From the IMG/VR virus record IMGVR_UViG_3300012324_000010: a DNA stretch of 64,000 nt; one strand, 5' to 3'. The translations under genes were made by a program, and so were the position numbers. The notes under the pieces are model-generated. The model saw only the letters and a program-made list of their open reading frames with translations. It did no database searches and was not told the origin of the DNA. Shown piece after piece: positions 39,239 to 49,195 of this stretch. Each line of letters starts with the position of its first letter. Position 1 is the first letter of the stretch. This DNA comes from a virus. Its lineage: Duplodnaviria; Heunggongvirae; Uroviricota; Caudoviricetes.

Positions 39239-41752
39239 ATGAAGAAAAACACTATTTTAGCTTGTACTGCTCTGTCTCTTATTCTACCTTGTGTCCCTGC
39301 TCATGCTGCTAATGATATTTACAATATATCTCCAGCTTCCACCCCACAGCAGATAAAAGACTCTACCTCTTCCCAGGTAATGACTATCCATGATAGAGAA
39401 CGATCTTCTGATCTCACTACCATTTGGATAGCACCAAGGAAAGACTGTAATGATAAAGCTGATGGTAGTGAAAGCAACCCAGTATGTGATGTGTCACAGG
39501 CTAGCTCTATTCTTAACAACCTTTACCAACAAGGAAAAGCCCAAGGTGATGTAGACATTAGATTTAAAACAGGAAAAGGTGTTGTCTATCAGCCTGAGAA
39601 TGGAAAAAGATTTGGTGATTTTACCTTCGCTCCTACAGCAGGACATGTAGTGAGGTTTATTCCTGATTGGTACAACAACATTGATGACCTAAAGAAAATC
39701 AATGCTGATAACAGAATCAATGTTAAGGGATATCCAGCTTCACAATCTAAAAACAATGACTCTGGGGTGGGTCTATCTATTTCTCCTAAATCTAATAAGG
39801 GAGGAACATATCAAATCAGTGGATTCCATTTTGACAACCTGGTAAACCCCTTAAAAGTTATCACCCCTCAAGTAACCAAAGATAAAATATCCAATAGCTC
39901 TGATCCAGAAGCTATCTACAAAAACATTAGACATTCCCAGAATGCACCCATAGGGAACATGCTTATTTCCAATAACGTTTTTGATCATGTAGGTGATGCT
40001 TACACAGCTGGTGGTGGCAACTACATCTCAGGTGCAATGAGGGTATGGGGTGCTACCAACATGCTTATCAAAGACAACACTTTCATCAATGGAAAAGCAA
40101 CCTCTAAAAACACTTCTACTTCCCATGTTATCTACAACTATATGACATCAGGAACAGTCTATGAAGGAAATACCTTCAAAAATAATAACTACTCTTTGAT
40201 CAGAGCACGTTTGAGCAATGATGATGTTATTACCGGAAATAACTTTTCTACATCTAAAAGCCTTTTTGGAAAAGACAAGGAAGTGATTGGAACATGGTAT
40301 CAAGGATACCTCTATGGTAAAGGTGGTTTAAGAGATAATAAATCTTATGCAGAATGCAAAGGTGATGGTCCTTTTGAGTTCAACAACACCTTTACAGGAA
40401 GACACTCTACTGTCATCAGAAAACTTAGACAACAACCTTATTGCACAGACAAAAAACGCATCACAGCACCTATGTTTCTAGAAGGAATACAAACTGGAGA
40501 AAAAGAATATTCCCTTCGTTGGGGAGATGCTGATACCAATGGTGATGGTGTGAAAAACTACCATGTCTATGTAGGAAAAGCTAATAAATATGGAACCCCT
40601 ACCTCTGATGTACCTGTAAAGGTAAAAACCACTTCTTCTTCTGTACATGAAGCCACAATTGATAAATCTATGTTTGACAAAGCTGGTATTAAACCAGGAG
40701 ACAACTTCCACTATTACGTGGTAGCAGAATCTACATCTGGATGGTTGTCTTCTAGAAACCAGCTAAAGACATCAGCATTCCTTGATAAAACCTACCAGGG
40801 AAGAGACAACTATAACGTAGCTAGAGTGGAATCATGGGATAGAATCACTGATGGAAAGAAGCCAGAAAAATCCACCTTCAACTATGAACTTGTCTCACAT
40901 AAGGTATCACCTAGCTATAAGAGTGTGAAAGTAAAACCAGGAGACAAGGCAACACAATCTGTGTCCCTCTCCAAGGTTCCTGCTTATACTACATTTTCCT
41001 TAAAAGATTCCACGTTCCCTAAAAAGGTATCTATAGATCCACACACAGGGAAAATCACTGCTGACACTGAAGAAGTAAAACCTGGAAAATACACAATAGA
41101 TGTTGATGTGCAATATGGTGACTGGTCTCATGATACAGCAACATTGAACCTTGAAGTAGAAGAATCAACAGCTGACAAGACAACCACTGATAAACCCTCT
41201 ACTAGCAAGCCAACCACTGATAAACCCTCTACTAGCAAGCCAACCACTGATGCTGGTGAAAAACCTTCTACTAGCACTAGTGAAAAACCAACTTCTGCTG
41301 ACAAGCCAACTAGCACATCTAATAATGTCTCTTCCAAGACATCTAGTTCTAAGCCATCATCTAGTTCTAGTGGTGTAACAACTAGCAAAAATCCTACTTC
41401 TCACACAACATCAACTAGTAAGAAGAAAACCACTTCTAGTGCTGTAGATCCTTCTACAGCACAACCTTCTTCTTCAGTAGATAAAGGAAGCTCTCATCAC
41501 TTGTCACTATGGGATAAAATAAAGTCCATCTTTTCTCCACATAAAGAAGATCAACCTTCTTCCAATGGACAAGTAAGAACCTCCTATCATGCAGTTGATA
41601 CAGAAAATAGTGAAAACAACACAGGAGATAGATATAACTATCACCCTGATGATACAAACAATGACATGGAAGAAAAAGTAGGTCCAGAAGTCAACACAGG
41701 TGGAAAAGTGGATAGATCTTTCCTAGATAAAGTTGTATCCATTGTGAGATAG
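39239..41752 (+). CDS. large secreted right-handed beta-helix (pectate-lyase-like) surface protein with S/T/P-rich stalk and conserved C-terminal tail
   Basis: Signal peptide MKKNTILACTALSLILPCVPAHA; repeated N.(F/V).(N/D)N..xG beta-helix turns; TTDKPSTSKP tandem repeat (30-bp unit at 41183-41242); C-terminal VGPEVNTGGKVDRSFLDKVVSIVR. Confidence 0.8.
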   Translation: MKKNTILACTALSLILPCVPAHAANDIYNISPASTPQQIKDSTSSQVMTIHDRERSSDLTTIWIAPRKDCNDKADGSESNPVCDVSQASSILNNLYQQGKAQGDVDIRFKTGKGVVYQPENGKRFGDFTFAPTAGHVVRFIPDWYNNIDDLKKINADNRINVKGYPASQSKNNDSGVGLSISPKSNKGGTYQISGFHFDNLVNPLKVITPQVTKDKISNSSDPEAIYKNIRHSQNAPIGNMLISNNVFDHVGDAYTAGGGNYISGAMRVWGATNMLIKDNTFINGKATSKNTSTSHVIYNYMTSGTVYEGNTFKNNNYSLIRARLSNDDVITGNNFSTSKSLFGKDKEVIGTWYQGYLYGKGGLRDNKSYAECKGDGPFEFNNTFTGRHSTVIRKLRQQPYCTDKKRITAPMFLEGIQTGEKEYSLRWGDADTNGDGVKNYHVYVGKANKYGTPTSDVPVKVKTTSSSVHEATIDKSMFDKAGIKPGDNFHYYVVAESTSGWLSSRNQLKTSAFLDKTYQGRDNYNVARVESWDRITDGKKPEKSTFNYELVSHKVSPSYKSVKVKPGDKATQSVSLSKVPAYTTFSLKDSTFPKKVSIDPHTGKITADTEEVKPGKYTIDVDVQYGDWSHDTATLNLEVEESTADKTTTDKPSTSKPTTDKPSTSKPTTDAGEKPSTSTSEKPTSADKPTSTSNNVSSKTSSSKPSSSSSGVTTSKNPTSHTTSTSKKKTTSSAVDPSTAQPSSSVDKGSSHHLSLWDKIKSIFSPHKEDQPSSNGQVRTSYHAVDTENSENNTGDRYNYHPDDTNNDMEEKVGPEVNTGGKVDRSFLDKVVSIVR

Positions 41753-41766
41753 ATTGAAAACACACC

Positions 41767-41802
41767 AAAAAAGCGCTGAGAGCATTTCTCAGCGCTTTTT
41801 GC
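41767..41802 (+). terminator. bidirectional intrinsic terminator
   Basis: aaaaaagcgctgagag...ctcagcgcttttt. Confidence 0.8.
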
Positions 41803-41874
41803 TTTCCTATACCATATCTATATCATATTCACTTTTTAACCTTTCAGAATGCGATATAGAAGCATTTTTGTCAT

Positions 41875-42243
41875 CTAGAAATAGGTAACAAAAGATATAT
41901 CATTTAGGTTGATATCATCATCTCCAATGACAGTATCACCTTTAACCTCAGAATAATCCACAGTGAAATATTCAGGATAATCTTGAATCAAAGAGGAAAT
42001 ATCATAGTAGTAGTCTCCATCCCAGAAAAACCTATCATCTTCATCATAGATATCCTGAGAAGAAATATCACCATAGTCATCTTGCAAAGACCCATCTTTG
42101 ATGAGATTAAAAAGATCAACAAAACCCTCAGGTGCTAGATTATTGATATGGCAATCAACTTCAGCAATATAGTCTTGTGCAATCTCATCATCTTCTACAG
42201 TCTTAAATACTCCAGTAAAAGAAAAGACCTTATCCTTGTTCAT
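41875..42243 (-). CDS. acidic hypothetical protein
   Basis: Start trimmed to MNKDKVF with AAGGAG SD. Confidence 0.55.
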   Translation of the reverse strand: MNKDKVFSFTGVFKTVEDDEIAQDYIAEVDCHINNLAPEGFVDLFNLIKDGSLQDDYGDISSQDIYDEDDRFFWDGDYYYDISSLIQDYPEYFTVDYSEVKGDTVIGDDDINLNDISFVTYF

Positions 42244-42341
42244 GTTGTTTCTCCTTGTTGTGATGGTGTTTTTATCTTCACCTCTTACCTTAGACAAGAA
42301 AGAACAACATTTCCACCCAACACCCTCTTTCAGGGGTGTTT

Positions 42342-42755
42342 TTAGATTGTGTCTTTGCTGGATTTAATAGTGATATCCTGAGCATTGTTGCTGTGTTGTG
42401 CTGTGGTGAGATCTACTACAATATAATCATCTTCCTCAGCAAGCTTGTTTTCAATATCCTTGCTTTGAACCTTATGGACTACAGCATGTACAGTTCCCAT
42501 ACTTCTATCAGTTTCACAATACTCCATACCTAAGTGAAGAGTACTAAGATAGACCTTAAATACAGTACGCAAAATAGTATTTGCAGCTCCATATGTTCCT
42601 ATATTTTTCAACATAGAAGAAAAGAAGTCATCTCCAAAGATCTCTTCTTCCAAAATCTTTGAGTAGTACTCTGAAACAACTGGAGTGGTAACTATTACTG
42701 CTGTGAAAGTATCTTTATTAATGTTGCTTTCCATCAAAATATCACACTGTGACAT
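42342..42755 (-). CDS. hypothetical protein
   Basis: Start trimmed to MSQCDIL with AAGGAG SD. Confidence 0.5.
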   Translation of the reverse strand: MSQCDILMESNINKDTFTAVIVTTPVVSEYYSKILEEEIFGDDFFSSMLKNIGTYGAANTILRTVFKVYLSTLHLGMEYCETDRSMGTVHAVVHKVQSKDIENKLAEEDDYIVVDLTTAQHSNNAQDITIKSSKDTI

Positions 42756-42819
42756 AAATATCATTCTCCTTTATTATATTTTTCTATTGATTTTCATATT
42801 ACCAGAAAATTTAAAAGCC

Positions 42820-42924
42820 ATGACAGTACTTGAACAAACCATTGATCCAGCAAAGACAGCTAAAGCCACCAGTATGGATGGTAGCGAGACTGTCACGCTT
42901 AACACACATCTGCTACAACCGTGA
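42820..42924 (+). pseudogene. truncated remnant of the 43047/43700 paralog family
   Basis: Encodes MTVLEQTIDPAKTAKA... (compare MTILEQHIDPDQ and MTVFEQHVDLSQ) but terminates after 34 codons. Confidence 0.5.
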
Positions 42925-43046
42925 CACTCAACTGGTGAAGCTTACAGTAGAGGGTGATAAGTAGCGCTCTCTCTTGTGTTAGCAATACAACTACTGTAGT
43001 GTTAACACTTATCAATACTAACCTACCACGCAAAGGAACATACCTT

Positions 43047-43619
43047 ATGACTATTTTGGAACAACACATTGATCCTGATCAGATTCAGATGTCACTACAC
43101 ATTGTCGCTCTGTTGTGTATATGTGTAGTTATCGCTTTTGTAATGGCGTTCGGCCTCTTCAAATATGTAAATAAAACGAAGAATGAAGATAAGGAAGGTA
43201 AGATATCTGCCAAGTCTTTCCTTTTGAGAATTTTCCTAGCAGTATTTGTTGCGGGGTTTGGCGCTATGGGCAGTATATATCTTGTCAATGTTTATGCATA
43301 CAAAGTACCAGGTCTAGATCACTTTGCTCAGCCACAAGGTAGTCCAAATACCCCATCTTTCAATAAGCAACTCTTTGCTGATGCTTACCGCGATGAAATC
43401 AATTATGCAGTAGCAGATAAACTCAGCGACTACGATATGCCAGAGTGCTCAATTGACAAGAATCTCAAATCTCTTCTGTGCCCTGATGGTAGCTATGGCT
43501 ACAATATAGCAGCCACCCGAGATGGTAAGACTTACACCCTCACTCCACATCTTAACTATGACAAAGACACCTCTACTGCCACACTCGATGTAGATATTGA
43601 GGAGGGCTACCATGAGTAG
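43047..43619 (+). CDS. membrane-anchored hypothetical protein (tandem paralog A)
   Basis: Start MTILEQHID with SD AAAGGA; one TM; C-terminal domain shared with next gene (YRDEIN..ADKL..Y...RDGK.Y.L.P...(Y/F)DK.TST). Confidence 0.6.
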   Translation: MTILEQHIDPDQIQMSLHIVALLCICVVIAFVMAFGLFKYVNKTKNEDKEGKISAKSFLLRIFLAVFVAGFGAMGSIYLVNVYAYKVPGLDHFAQPQGSPNTPSFNKQLFADAYRDEINYAVADKLSDYDMPECSIDKNLKSLLCPDGSYGYNIAATRDGKTYTLTPHLNYDKDTSTATLDVDIEEGYHE

Positions 43620-43699
43620 ACTTACTCTTGTGTTAATACTGTAGTCATTATAGCATTACACAGTATCGTAACCACTTACTAAACAAAGGGAACACACCT

Positions 43700-44263
43700 A
43701 TGACTGTCTTTGAACAACATGTTGACCTATCTCAGATTGCTACAGAACCAACACTGCTGGGGCTTGCAATCATTATCCCCATTGGCCTTGTTGTCTCTGG
43801 TACAATCTTTTATCTTTTTGATAAACTTGCTGACAATAAATGTAAAACCTCAACGCAGAGTCTCTATGTAAATGTAATGCTTATCGGGTTTATAGTGGCG
43901 ATTATGGCCTTCTTTGGCTCCGTATTGGCAATCACCGCACTTACCGCAAATAACAGCACAACTGCACAACCAGAGATAGCAAAAAATATTTTCAGCAGCA
44001 ATAAACCCCTTCTCGCTGACAAATACCGTGAAGAAATCAACGCTGGTATTGCTGATAAGCTCGGTGGTTACACCATTGACAACGTTGATCTTGCTGATGA
44101 CTCTATTCTCAACGGCGGTTATTATGACCACGACATCACCGTTCACCGCGATGGTAAGAACTACCTTCTGCACCCGGAAACGAGCTTTGACAAGAGTACT
44201 TCTACTATCAGCATCACCATTGATGTAGAACAACTACCTTTCGATCGTACCACCAAGGAGTAA
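43700..44263 (+). CDS. membrane-anchored hypothetical protein (tandem paralog B)
   Basis: Paralog of preceding gene; SD AAAGGGAA. Confidence 0.6.
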   Translation: MTVFEQHVDLSQIATEPTLLGLAIIIPIGLVVSGTIFYLFDKLADNKCKTSTQSLYVNVMLIGFIVAIMAFFGSVLAITALTANNSTTAQPEIAKNIFSSNKPLLADKYREEINAGIADKLGGYTIDNVDLADDSILNGGYYDHDITVHRDGKNYLLHPETSFDKSTSTISITIDVEQLPFDRTTKE

Positions 44264-44624
44264 TCAACTATGTTTATCACTGTCCTACCTCTACTACTCT
44301 ACTTCGCTGGCTTCTGTGCAGCACTATACAATATGTTCTTCGCTGCTGCACCGTGAAGGTATCAACCGTGTCCTCTGGATACTGTGCAATTTTGGCTTCG
44401 CAGCCTGGCTTGGTTTTCAACTCATTGTCAGCATCACTCAGAGCACCTAGACAGACACAGATATGTTTTCTTTCCTTACACTTATCGTTGCGCGGCAGTG
44501 TGATGCACATGCCATCTAACCGTGGTAAAAGTGATATGCAAAACATCTCAACATTGGATTTTTAAGAGCAGTTGGTATACTTTTTGCATATATCAGAAAA
44601 TAAAAAAAGAAAAGGTGTAAAAGT

Positions 44625-45152
44625 ATGGATACCACAGAAAAACCCCACAACTCTACTGCTAAAAAGCTTGCCACTATTGCAGCAGCTATAGGTGTGCTCA
44701 TAGCTATGATTGTAGCTTTTGTCATTTTTTCTCAAAAAGATAGCAATGATTCTGAAAAAATCAACTCAACACAAACACAGCAACCTTCTGATGAAGACAT
44801 GCTCCCAGAAGAGTCAAAGACTTCATCTGCACGAGACTTGCTAGAAAAACATGATGGAAAAGTAACACAACAGGATAAAGATGCAGTAAAATCAGCTAAA
44901 AAGTATCTTGACAACCCTGGTGGATTCTCTCCTGATACACTAACAGAAAAGCTTAAAAAAGATCATATTCCTGAAACTTCCATTGACTATGCACTAGATA
45001 ACGCTGATGCAAATTGGAATGAACAAGCAAAAACTTCTGCACAAGAGATCAAAAACAGTCTTGGATGGACCAATGAGCAAATCACCAACACACTAGTTCT
45101 TTCAGGTTTTACTGATGAACAAGCACAATATGCTGTAAATAATATTTCCTAA
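44625..45152 (+). CDS. Ltp-like (host cell surface-exposed lipoprotein family) membrane-anchored protein
   Basis: N-terminal TM; C-terminal repeats AKKYLDNPGGFSPDTLTEKLKKD... and LGWTNEQITNTLVLSGFTDEQAQYAVNNI match the Ltp repeat pattern (A..YL....FSr..L..QL...GFs...A.YAV..). Confidence 0.5.
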   Translation: MDTTEKPHNSTAKKLATIAAAIGVLIAMIVAFVIFSQKDSNDSEKINSTQTQQPSDEDMLPEESKTSSARDLLEKHDGKVTQQDKDAVKSAKKYLDNPGGFSPDTLTEKLKKDHIPETSIDYALDNADANWNEQAKTSAQEIKNSLGWTNEQITNTLVLSGFTDEQAQYAVNNIS

Positions 45153-45168
45153 AAAGCATATTATACAA

Positions 45169-45210
45169 AAAGCAGGGAAGAGCACAAAGCTTTATCCCTG
45201 CTTTTTTCTA
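45169..45210 (+). terminator. bidirectional intrinsic terminator between convergent Ltp-like genes
   Basis: aaaagcagggaag...cttatccctgctttttt. Confidence 0.7.
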
Positions 45211-45666
45211 ATTGAGATGATATTCTTTTAAAGCATTTTTAATCATTTTTCTAGTGAAACCATCTGCAACCAACATATCTATCATGTCATTGGTAGATAA
45301 TCCTGTTGTCTTTTCTATATCCTGTAATGCTTGCTGTATTTCTTTGGTATAATCAACATCAACATTATCCAAAGCATATTTAATAGCTTCATCATTATTG
45401 ATATCTTTTTCCAGCTTCTCATAAAGTTTCTTTTTAGAAACAGAATCACCATCAACATACCCTTGAGCTGCATCAAGTGCTTTTTCAAAAAGTTCAGGAG
45501 TTTCTCCTTGTGCGGCTTTTTCTGCAGTAGAAACTATATCTTCTGCAGGTTTAACTTCCTTATCTTTTCCAATATAAGTATCTTTGTCCATAAGAGTACT
45601 ACAAGAAGAAGTAAGCACAGAAGATATAGCTACACTACATATCATTGTTGTTTTTCTAGAAAACAT
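45208..45666 (-). CDS. Ltp-like lipoprotein (second copy, convergent)
   Basis: Signal peptide with lipobox-like LTSSCS; repeats EAIKYALDNVD...LVADGFTRKMIKNALKEY. Confidence 0.5.
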   Translation of the reverse strand: MFSRKTTMICSVAISSVLTSSCSTLMDKDTYIGKDKEVKPAEDIVSTAEKAAQGETPELFEKALDAAQGYVDGDSVSKKKLYEKLEKDINNDEAIKYALDNVDVDYTKEIQQALQDIEKTTGLSTNDMIDMLVADGFTRKMIKNALKEYHLN

Positions 45667-45758
45667 CTCTCCTCCTGTGATACATAATGCATATTATTAA
45701 TATACACTAATAATATCACAGTTATATATCTTTTCTTACAACAACAACAACTTACTTC

Positions 45759-46190
45759 CTACTCGACATAAGAGTCAATAAAGGCTAGTGCATAGGTGAT
45801 ATTCATTGAGTGACGCTGAAGCTGCTCAGCAGAGATATCACCCATGTTGTTTTCTTTAAGGTGAGCAGACAAACGCTGATAATCCTCTTCTTCTACCACC
45901 AAATTCTCTGCTGCTTGACTCAAGCTATGAAACATTCCCACATAAAACCCAAACTGGAATGCTACTAGATGAGACATGTTATCTACACTATATCCTAGAG
46001 AATCAGCTATAGTATAGAACTCATCTTCTCCTACTCCATGAGCCTGAGCATTATCCCCTGTCATCATTCCATGATAAATAGGGGTAGAAAACCCGTAAAA
46101 ACGCTCCTTGTCTAGAGCATAAGTATTCATAGTCTCTACCATGTCTTCAAAATTGTTGCGAAGAAAAGTAGAAGAAAAGATGTTAATCAT
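45759..46190 (-). CDS. hypothetical protein
   Basis: 143-aa ORF. Confidence 0.5.
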   Translation of the reverse strand: MINIFSSTFLRNNFEDMVETMNTYALDKERFYGFSTPIYHGMMTGDNAQAHGVGEDEFYTIADSLGYSVDNMSHLVAFQFGFYVGMFHSLSQAAENLVVEEEDYQRLSAHLKENNMGDISAEQLQRHSMNITYALAFIDSYVE

Positions 46191-46270
46191 TTGATATTTC
46201 TCCTTGAAAAATAGTGGTGTGTTTTTTTGATACTCTTAAAGCATAGCTTACAAAACAACAATGAGCAACC

Positions 46271-46312
46271 TTTTCATAGAAAAACACCTTCTTGGTGAAA
46301 AATCACGAAGAA
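46271..46312 (-). terminator. intrinsic terminator
   Basis: aaaaacaccttcttggtg...cacgaagaaggtgttt. Confidence 0.7.
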
Positions 46313-46360
46313 GGTGTTTATGTCTTTTAAGAGGAGATAAGATACACCTCTTAAAGTTGA

Positions 46361-47224
46361 TTAAATCAAGTTAGCAAATGTCATAAGAACATTCCTATCA
46401 CCTGTAGGGTAGACATCAAAATTAACAGATGGTTTGAGGTTAGCCACCTGAGATACAACCTCAAAAGTCTTATCAGCAGGGAAAGAAACCACTGCTGTTA
46501 CAAAAGTGTTCTTATTAACAGTAGAGATAATATCTACTGCTTCTTCTGCACTATCAACCTCTACACTATAAGAACGCACATCCTTATCATCTACCTCGCT
46601 AAGAACAGTGACCACAGTAGGGTTATCTTTGAGATAGTCTGTAACAAGCTTTTTAGCGTTGCCAATGTGAGAAAGATCCTCATCATATTCAGGGTTGTCA
46701 ATGATAATAACAACCTTGGAGTTTTCACCTAGATAGGCAATAAACTCAGTGTCTTTGTTTTCATTTTCATCACCAAGAACATCCCACATATTCTTCTTAA
46801 TCTGCAAGGTAGCATCACTAACAGTGATAGTCTTGTTCTTATACTTTACCTCAGTAGAGATTTCTTTAAAGAATTGTGAGCATTCTTGTGAGTTGTTATT
46901 TGAATCTTCTTGAGAGTTTGTTTCATCTGCAACAGGAAATCCAGAGAGTGGATCTTTTTCAAGTGTTGATTCCTTGTCACAGCAACAATCATCCTCACAC
47001 TTGTTGGAACAGTCTTTGTCAAAAGAAAAATTCTTTTCTAGAAGAGCAGAGACAACATCAAGAGCAGAGAAAACGTCAGGAGCGGAGTTATTGAAGTTTT
47101 TAAACCCTTCCTTAGGATCACAGACAATAAAGTTGAAATCCTCTTCAGTCGCTTTTCTAATTTGAGGAAGGTGTTCTTCTACTTGGTCAAGAATATTGTT
47201 GATCATATTCTCAGAATAAGACAT
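46361..47224 (-). CDS. acidic hypothetical protein with Cys cluster (CSNKCEDDCCCDK)
   Basis: 287-aa ORF. Confidence 0.55.
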   Translation of the reverse strand: MSYSENMINNILDQVEEHLPQIRKATEEDFNFIVCDPKEGFKNFNNSAPDVFSALDVVSALLEKNFSFDKDCSNKCEDDCCCDKESTLEKDPLSGFPVADETNSQEDSNNNSQECSQFFKEISTEVKYKNKTITVSDATLQIKKNMWDVLGDENENKDTEFIAYLGENSKVVIIIDNPEYDEDLSHIGNAKKLVTDYLKDNPTVVTVLSEVDDKDVRSYSVEVDSAEEAVDIISTVNKNTFVTAVVSFPADKTFEVVSQVANLKPSVNFDVYPTGDRNVLMTFANLI

Positions 47225-47305
47225 GTGTGGTGCTCCTTAAAAATGTTAAAACTACAGTTGCATAATGCATCATAGCATATAGAAAAACAGTTTTTCAACT
47301 ACAGT

Positions 47306-47659
47306 TTATTGTGCTGCAGCAATGCACTCTTTTTCCAGTTGAGGAATCTCAAAAGAAATGCGCTCAATCTTTTCAGTAGAGCGGTATCCATCTCGCACTA
47401 GATAATCACACTCCCTTAAAGCTTTGTCTAGTTTTTGTCCCTCTGGAGTATCTTGTAAAGAAATATTTTTCTCTTTTAGATGCAAGCGCACCTGTTCTAC
47501 TTGTTGTTGCACTCTATCTCTAATCTTTTTGCTTTTCACGTGTGCTCTTTTCTGCTTCTTTTTCTCATTTCCAGCCAGAAACAAAAAAGTAACTAACCCA
47601 ACCAAGAGAATGATAGCAACTGCAACAATGCCAATAGTGACCCAAGTACTTATGCCCAT
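47306..47659 (-). CDS. membrane-anchored hypothetical protein
   Basis: Start trimmed to MGISTWV (SD AAAGGA); one TM then charged coiled region. Confidence 0.5.
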   Translation of the reverse strand: MGISTWVTIGIVAVAIILLVGLVTFLFLAGNEKKKQKRAHVKSKKIRDRVQQQVEQVRLHLKEKNISLQDTPEGQKLDKALRECDYLVRDGYRSTEKIERISFEIPQLEKECIAAAQ

Positions 47660-47824
47660 AGAAATATAATCCTTTTTTATTGAAAAACTTTTTTGTATAT
47701 TCCTTCCACTGTAGTTGTAAACAGTGACATAATCCAAATTTCAATGAAAGTCAAGGATGTAGGGTTGATTTTTTAAAATATACCAACTATCTTGTACAAA
47801 AACAAAAAATGTTACATGGGAAAA

Positions 47825-47839
47825 CCATGTCCCTTTTAG
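47825..47839 (+). repeat. polar intergenic motif CCATGTCCCTTTTAG (copy 10)
   Basis: same family. Confidence 0.7.
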
Positions 47840-48171
47840 TGATTGCAAAAATAAAAGCTCTATTTTCCATTTTAAGCCTTTGAAAACACTTGTATGGGTA
47901 TTTGTACAAATCTCTCCCCTGCAACGCTCTCACAGCCACGCAGGGTATCTATTTAGCTCATTTTGAATACAGCATCAGAAGACATCTTCTCTATATAGGA
48001 TCTTCTTCTCTTTGAGTTGAGTTGTTTCTCATCTCTTTGCACAAAAAAGCAAATCCATTTTAAGAAGATAAACTCTTTTCATGTAGGACCCTACCTAGAT
48101 CTTGTGCTCAACTTCTTAAAACGTCTCATAGAACAAAAACTTCTATCTTTCCCCTTGAAAAATCACAAAAT

Positions 48172-48193
48172 AATAACAGAATAATAACAGAAT
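48172..48193 (+). repeat. direct repeat AATAACAGAAT x2 (iteron-like)
   Basis: aataacagaataataacagaatag in a large non-coding region. Confidence 0.5.
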
Positions 48194-48318
48194 AGTATAC
48201 TTATTTTTCTCAGATTTTTCTTATGAAAATATGAACTTCAGTAAGGGGTAATGTTAAGGTTCCAAATTTTACCAATTTTCACCATATCAGCAGGTAGATT
48301 TATGTTTTTTGCAAAAAC

Positions 48319-48334
48319 TAGACAGAGCTGTCTA
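48319..48334. promoter_or_regulatory. perfect palindrome TAGACAG-AG-CTGTCTA (operator-like), copy 1
   Basis: 7-bp inverted arms with 2-bp spacer; related copies at 48710 and 51435. Confidence 0.5.
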
Positions 48335-48709
48335 TAAAGTTATACAAATGTTATCAAAATTAGTGTTTCTGTGAAATCCCTGTGAATCCTGATTTTTGAT
48401 AGATCTGTGCTTAAATCCAGAAACATTATCTGGAAGAGACATTTAAAGAATCATGGAAGTGAACATTCAAGACAACTAGCAAAGATTATCTAAAGCTTCA
48501 TGGAAATAATGTTTCAAGATCTTTACAAGTTTCAAGATAAGTTGTCTTATGTTCATCTGCAGAATCTTTTTTCAAAAGCTTCAGCAGATGTCTTAAACGG
48601 AATGCTAACGCATTCCTAGAGAAGATTACTTAGAGGTGAATCAAATTGCATAATTTTGTTTAATTTAACCCCCCTATAATTCCCCCCTAAACAATAGTCA
48701 CGTGGTAAG

Positions 48710-48725
48710 TAGACCGAGCTGTCTA
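48710..48725. promoter_or_regulatory. palindrome TAGACCGAGCTGTCTA, copy 2 (one arm mismatch)
   Basis: Same element as 48319 with A>C in the left arm. Confidence 0.45.
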
Positions 48726-48778
48726 TCAGAGATTTCACAGAATACAATATTTTCAAACTATCTCCTGGTAGAGGTATG

Positions 48779-48834
48779 TTTTTCCACCTGGGAAAACGTT
48801 TTATACACATTTTTATCCACAGGGTTGTGGATAA
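48779..48834. promoter_or_regulatory. cluster of DnaA-box-like sequences
   Basis: TTTTCCACC (48779), TTATCCACA (48813), and inverted TTGTGGATAA (48825), which is rc of TTATCCACAA. Lies in AT-rich non-coding DNA. Confidence 0.5.
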
Positions 48835-49195
48835 CTCTAAATAAGCTTTCTACCTGCTGTTATGCAAAAATGTGATCAAACTCATATAGAGGTGAAAATG
48901 ACTTATTTTTATACCTTGAGCTGCAAGTTAATCTTTTGTTAACCTAATGTTCATCTATTATTTTTATTCATAAGTGGTTTTTTGCGAAAAAATGACTCTG
49001 GGGACATGAAAATAGCACCTTTTCTAGTGGTTGAAAATAACGATTTTTGCGTGATCCACTTCACAAAAATGCCCTAAAAATTCAGCCAATTTCTCCATAT
49101 AAACGATTTTTTATAAGGTCTGCACTTTTGATGTAAAAAGTGCAAAAACTTAACATAATGGAGAAGTTTTCTTGGGTTTCTTTTCCTCAAGTATC

